From NCBI RefSeq assembly GCF_036321535.1, contig NC_087437.1, positions 121,148,001-121,212,000 on the forward strand: 64,000 nt of DNA, read 5' to 3'. Every line of letters begins with the position of its first letter. Position 1 is the stretch's first letter. This document shows positions 59,318 to 64,000 of the stretch, piece by piece. Below the pieces are notes generated by a model. That model saw nothing but the letters and a program-made list of their open reading frames with translations, did not search any database and was not told the origin of the DNA. Made by a program: the position numbers and the translations under genes. Origin of the DNA: Camelus dromedarius. Its lineage: Eukaryota.

Positions 59318-59894
59318 TGAGGCGGGAAGCCCCATAAAAAGACCAGCAGGACCCGCAGGCAGGGCCACTACTCTCCTGCCGGCACCATCCGGTTCCCTGG
59401 CCCAGAGGCTCTATCTCACTTTTTGCTTCTGAAACTGTTTACTTACCCCTAAAATGCTATTCGTTCCCTGAGCTCACTTCTGATTGGTTATTTCCTTCAC
59501 TCCTGATTGGTTATTACTCTCACTTCTGATTGGTCCACTTCCCTAACTTCTGATTGGTCCATTTGTATTACTTCATTTGTATGGAGCTCACTCCTGATTG
59601 GTTATTTCTCTCCCTCCTGATTGGTCCATTTCTACAAAGCTTGTTCCTGGTTGGTCAACTTCTGTTATACTTTATTTGCATATGATGTTGCAAAGTGTAA
59701 AACTGGCAGCCTTTAAAGGCCTGTGTAGACCTACAGATGGGGTCCAGAGCTTGGAATGTTAACTCCTCTGGGCCCGCTCGTGTGATAAGCCTGAGTTCTC
59801 CAGCTCTCCGAGTGCCGCTTGGTCTCTCGCCCAGATCCAGGTTGCTGGCACAACCGAGCTGTAACACTGAGCTGTAACACATTTTTCCACAACA
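59318..59894 (+). mobile_element. ERV1-class solo LTR, 577 bp, with 4-bp TSD
   Basis: TG…CA termini with GGAG on both sides (59314-59317 and 59895-59898). U3 carries six CTGATTGG boxes and ATTTGCAT. Ends …gagctgtaacactgagctgtaacac…ccacaaca. Orientation is inferred. Confidence 0.85.
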
Positions 59895-60129
59895 GGAGGT
59901 CTTGGTCACTTGTTCAGGTGACCCTTTGAATGATGTCTGCCCTCCTCCCCAGGCCGGGGGCACCAGGCTTCAACGTGTGCCGTCGACTAGCGAGCTTACT
60001 GTCTTGATCATGGGTGACGCCAAGCTATGCCAGCTTTATACAGTCATCTGGTGCTTTCCAGACGTCCTGGTCTGGACACTTGTCTCCTGGCGAGAAACTG
60101 GGCCTCGTTTGCAAGAGCGTTTCAGCCTT

Positions 60130-60860
60130 CTTCCCTTTGCAATTTTTTAAAACACTTTTCAAGCCTACAGCAAATTTGACAGAAAACGTGCTTCGACGTG
60201 GCAGGCGGTGACCCTGTGTCACACATGCTCCGCTCTCCCATCTGCATGTGCCTGTGTGAGCACTTCTCCTTGCTGGACCTCTTGGGTGTAAACTGTTAAC
60301 ATGACCTTCACTCTGGGTGTTTCTGCATGTGTTTCCTAAAACAAGGACATGCTCCAACATTTCTATAATGAGATTATCATATCTAAGAAAAATACCATGA
60401 ATCCAGCATGATTAGCTGATACAGTGACCAAGTTTAAGTTCCAGGTTGAGACTCTTTCAATGAGAAATGTTTCAAACTTCCAGTTTCTTTTATGTTTGTT
60501 TATTCTTCATTCTTCATAATTTATGTTGATGACTTCTGTTTTACTGGGAAATCACCCACTTCCTCTAAATTCTCCAATTTACTGCCAAAGAATTAACATT
60601 ACATCCTTATTCTTTAAAATAAAATTAATCCGTTCCAAGCCTCCGATTGTGCTCTTGTATTTAATGTGTGTAGTTTGTGTTTCTTTACTTTTACTTTAAG
60701 GTTTGCTATGAAGTCACGTAATTCATTCATCCTTTGAATGCCTGGGTTTTCTTACATAGACGTGTATGAAAATCTCTTGTTAAATGATGTTTCACCAGTT
60801 CCTTAGGTTTTTTCCAGACCTGACATTTTATTAGCTTTGTGTTCTTCCTTTCAGTCTGGG
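60130..60860 (-). mobile_element. Degenerate antisense L1 relics
   Basis: T-rich L1-like tracts (cacccacttcctctaaattctccaatttactgccaaag). Confidence 0.4.
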
Positions 60861-63800
60861 ACCCTCATCCATTTATACACCTACAAGCACACAAGTGCAT
60901 TTTTCCCTCCATGCAGCAGTTTACCGGCAGTAAACGCAGACCCACCCATCCTCCGGCTGAGCGCGTTTGTGTGCGTGTGAGCTCTCTGCTCTCTTCCGTT
61001 TCTCCCGGAAACCCTGTCCCTTGCTGCATCATAAACTCCGACACCACGCCGTCAGGGGCATGGGTGTTTGTGATCACTGTATGCCCTCGACTTCCTTTCC
61101 CCCCGCTGGTGTGCAACATTCCTCTTATTCCTCTTTATCCACAAGTTTGTGTATTTCTAGGAGTTTGTTTAATGTGTTTTGCTACTTTGGTTGTGGTGCA
61201 TTTTTTTTTGTATCATTAGAAAAGTTGCATCTTTGTCTCACTGCCCAGTGTTGGCGCTTTTTTACTGTGAATATGGAATCCATGCCAGAAAGGGGGAAGG
61301 ACCCCCTGTTACGAGGAGCCCGCCCGGAGGAAGGCACACTGAATTTCTAGTACCAACCCCGTGTCCCAGCACCAGGTAATTGTTTCGGGAAGCACGTGTA
61401 CCGCGGGGGTAGGCATCCCTGAGGACCCCGCTCGTCACGCCTTCCTGCGGAGAAGCAGACGTGGGAAGGGGCGCAGGAGGGCTGAGAAGGAAGCCTGTCC
61501 CTGCTTTTCCCCCACTGGCTGGCTTTTGGCTCCTTCCACATACCAAACGCTGCATTCATACAGTCACTCGAGTTAGTTTTGTTAACTAGTTATAAAAAAG
61601 GAGCAGATGAGGGAGTGTTGACGGGCCGGGCCCTCTGCTCTGCGCTGTTCCTGTGGCTGCTGCGCGGTAAGGCGGGACAGGGGACGCCGCACATCCGCTC
61701 TGTGAAGGACGGAAGGCACCAGTGCTGAGGGCCCCAGGCTGCTTCTCTCCCTCCGTCACCAAGCCTGCCATTTCCAGCTTGCCGGGGCACCAGTTCCCAC
61801 CTCCAGGCAAAGCCCATCCTTACCACACAGAGCATGTTCTTAAAAAATTCTTCACAGGTTAACCCACATTAATCTAAACCCGATAAAAGCACAGGTTTTC
61901 CCTTCTACTCGCTGCTGCACTGTAATTTCCCCAGCAACCTGCTGAAAAGAGCAAGGGAAACTTAGCAACTGGGCCTGAAGGGAAGCTGCAATTACCGGGT
62001 GCGAGGCCGGCGGGGCAGCAGCACCCACTTCAAAGGTGCGGGGCGGGGGGGGGGGTGCAGGCAGAGCTGTAATTAGCGGGGCCGGAGGAGCAAGAAAGCC
62101 CCATGTGCACTCGCAGTGCGGCAGGAACAAAGGGACCTCTGTTTGATGTGAATCACCAAGTCCGGGAGGGGAGGTGTGCACCTCCGCCCTCCGCCCTGCA
62201 ACCGGGGACCCCGCGGCTCCCGCCCTCCACCGGTCCCTGCAGACTCAGGGGTGCGGAAAGCCAGGCTTTGGCGACTCATCCCCTCCCTCTCAGTGCTGGC
62301 CCTGGGAGGCCCAGAGCAGGATGGAGAAGCATGGCCCGCCCACGCTTGGGGGGTGGGGTCTGTGAGCCTGTGGGCCCGCAGCCACCCGTTGCAGGCAGAG
62401 CAGGCCTCCCTGGGGCTGGATCCTGGGCACCTGAGGAGCTGGGGCCCCACCCTCCCCACACAGGACCTTGGAGCCTGGGGAGGGAAGCCTCCAGAAGTTC
62501 CCACCTGGAGAGAAGAGTGTGTGGGCTTCAGGGTGGCCACCCACTGGCCACTTCCCTGATGGCCAGTTGGGCCCAGTCAGGCCCCAAATCAGAGTCTTTG
62601 GCCTCTGTGTTGGTGTCGGATCCTTGTCATCTTGAGACATTTTCAAAACCACATTTTCCAAGGACACGGGGTGTGTGGACACTGGCCCTGAGGCACCATG
62701 CGCTGGATTTAAAGTCAGTTTTGTGCCAGCGGGGGCGAGTCTCCAAGTGGTGAGTGCACAGCCTTAGCTCCAGTAGAAACGGGCTTTGGGGCGCTTGTGG
62801 GTTCTCAGCCTCGCACAGGGGCTGTCTTGACGACGCCTTCTTGCCCGTGTGGGCTTGGCGTCTCTCTGCCTGGTCAGTGAGGTGGCCCGGGTCGTGACCC
62901 AGCCACCCCTGGGGTCAGAGTGATGCAGTCTCGTCATTGGTACGAGCAGCACCACCCCGTCCTCAGCCTCTTGCTGGATGTGGGGCCCCCAGCAGTCAGA
63001 GGTTGTGTCCTCCCTGGGGCTCCCTGCACCCCAGCTCTTCTCCTCACTGAGTGCCCTCACCTTTGCTGGGGAACGGGGACCCACGGCCGGCAGCGCCCGC
63101 ACCTTCCTCCACCAGGTCCACATGCCGGTGCCGCTGCCGCTCCGCACTGTGGGGAAGGCCGTGTCCCATCTCAGTCCACGGTCACTGCAGCCCCTGGACT
63201 GTCCATCCCCACTCCTCTCCAGGGTCCTCATTCCTGAGGGTGCCCCTCCCTCCTCAGCCCTGCCACCTCCTCCCTCTCAGGGCCCTTCACTCCATCTGCT
63301 AAGGGGCTGCTCCGGACAGCAGTTCTCAAAGTCCATGCACAGGAACCCGGTGCCCTGGCCCCGCTTTGAGAACGGCTTCAGCTCTGCCCTCTCCCTAGAG
63401 ACGCTGGCTCCCGGGGGCCCCTCCACCCTGGAGAGTCGTGCCCTCACTCGGGCTCGTGTCCCCACATCTACCCGCCCCCTCCCGCTCCTCCAGCTCCTCC
63501 TGCCCTCTCGGTGCAGACTTCCAGCTCCTGGCTCCCCTGAGCCTGGTTCCTTGACCCCCAGGTCCAGGTGCTCAGTAAGCGTGCAATGCCTGAGCCCGGA
63601 TGTGTGATGGGGCCCAGCTAAGGTCACCGAGGTCGGAGGACGACCGAGGCCTTCCTGTCACCAGACCCCATGGACTTCCCCCAGAAAACAGATGCCCAGT
63701 GGGTGTAAGTTACAGCATGGGGTGCTTGCCAGCAGAGCTGCTGCCAACTTCCCAAATCACGTCTCGTCCTCGCGCTCCACAAACACTGACGGGGACTCAC

Positions 63801-63864
63801 TCCACTCCAGCCACAGTCCAGGCGCTGGGCTGCAGCGACGAGAGGCAGATGGCCGTCCCACCCA

Positions 63865-64000
63865 GTGTCCCCCTGGTGTCCTCCGGGTATCCTCCCGATG
63901 TCCCCCCATGTCCTCCTGGTGTCCCTCTGTGTCCTCCTGTGGTTTCCCTCTGTGTGTCCTCCTGGTCTCCCTGGTGTCCCCCTGGGGTCCCTCCGTGTCC
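63865..64000. repeat. Imperfect low-complexity repeat (gtgtcc(c/t)cct(g)g)n, running off the window end
   Basis: gtgtccccctggtgtcctccggg…gtgtcctcctggtctccctggtgtccccctgg. Confidence 0.85.

Noticed and set aside
61591-61597. Isolated TATAAAA upstream of a CpG-rich patch
   Set aside because: No downstream ORF or gene structure supports a promoter call.

Overview
Mammalian genomic DNA, most likely camelid (inferred from the tRNA-derived SINE and L1 3'-UTR types). It matches the TSPEAR/KRTAP10/KRTAP12 locus, syntenic to human 21q22.3. TSPEAR coding exon 1 is on the minus strand at 54113-54197, so positions 1-54112 are TSPEAR intron 1. Nested in that intron are: four intact single-exon KRTAP10-type genes (+), two intact KRTAP12-type genes forming an inverted pair, one KRTAP12 pseudogene, a divergent 102-aa Cys-rich KAP-like gene with a KRTAP12-type promoter (35954-36262), and an SLC25A39 processed pseudogene with target-site duplications. 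The rest is L1 fragments, SINEs, MaLR/ERV1 LTRs, a MER58-like element, tandem repeats and seven N-runs. Most ORFs in the supplied track are GC-rich or repeat-derived noise. Repeat-family names come from remembered consensus sequences, not a database search, and their boundaries are approximate unless a TSD is given.
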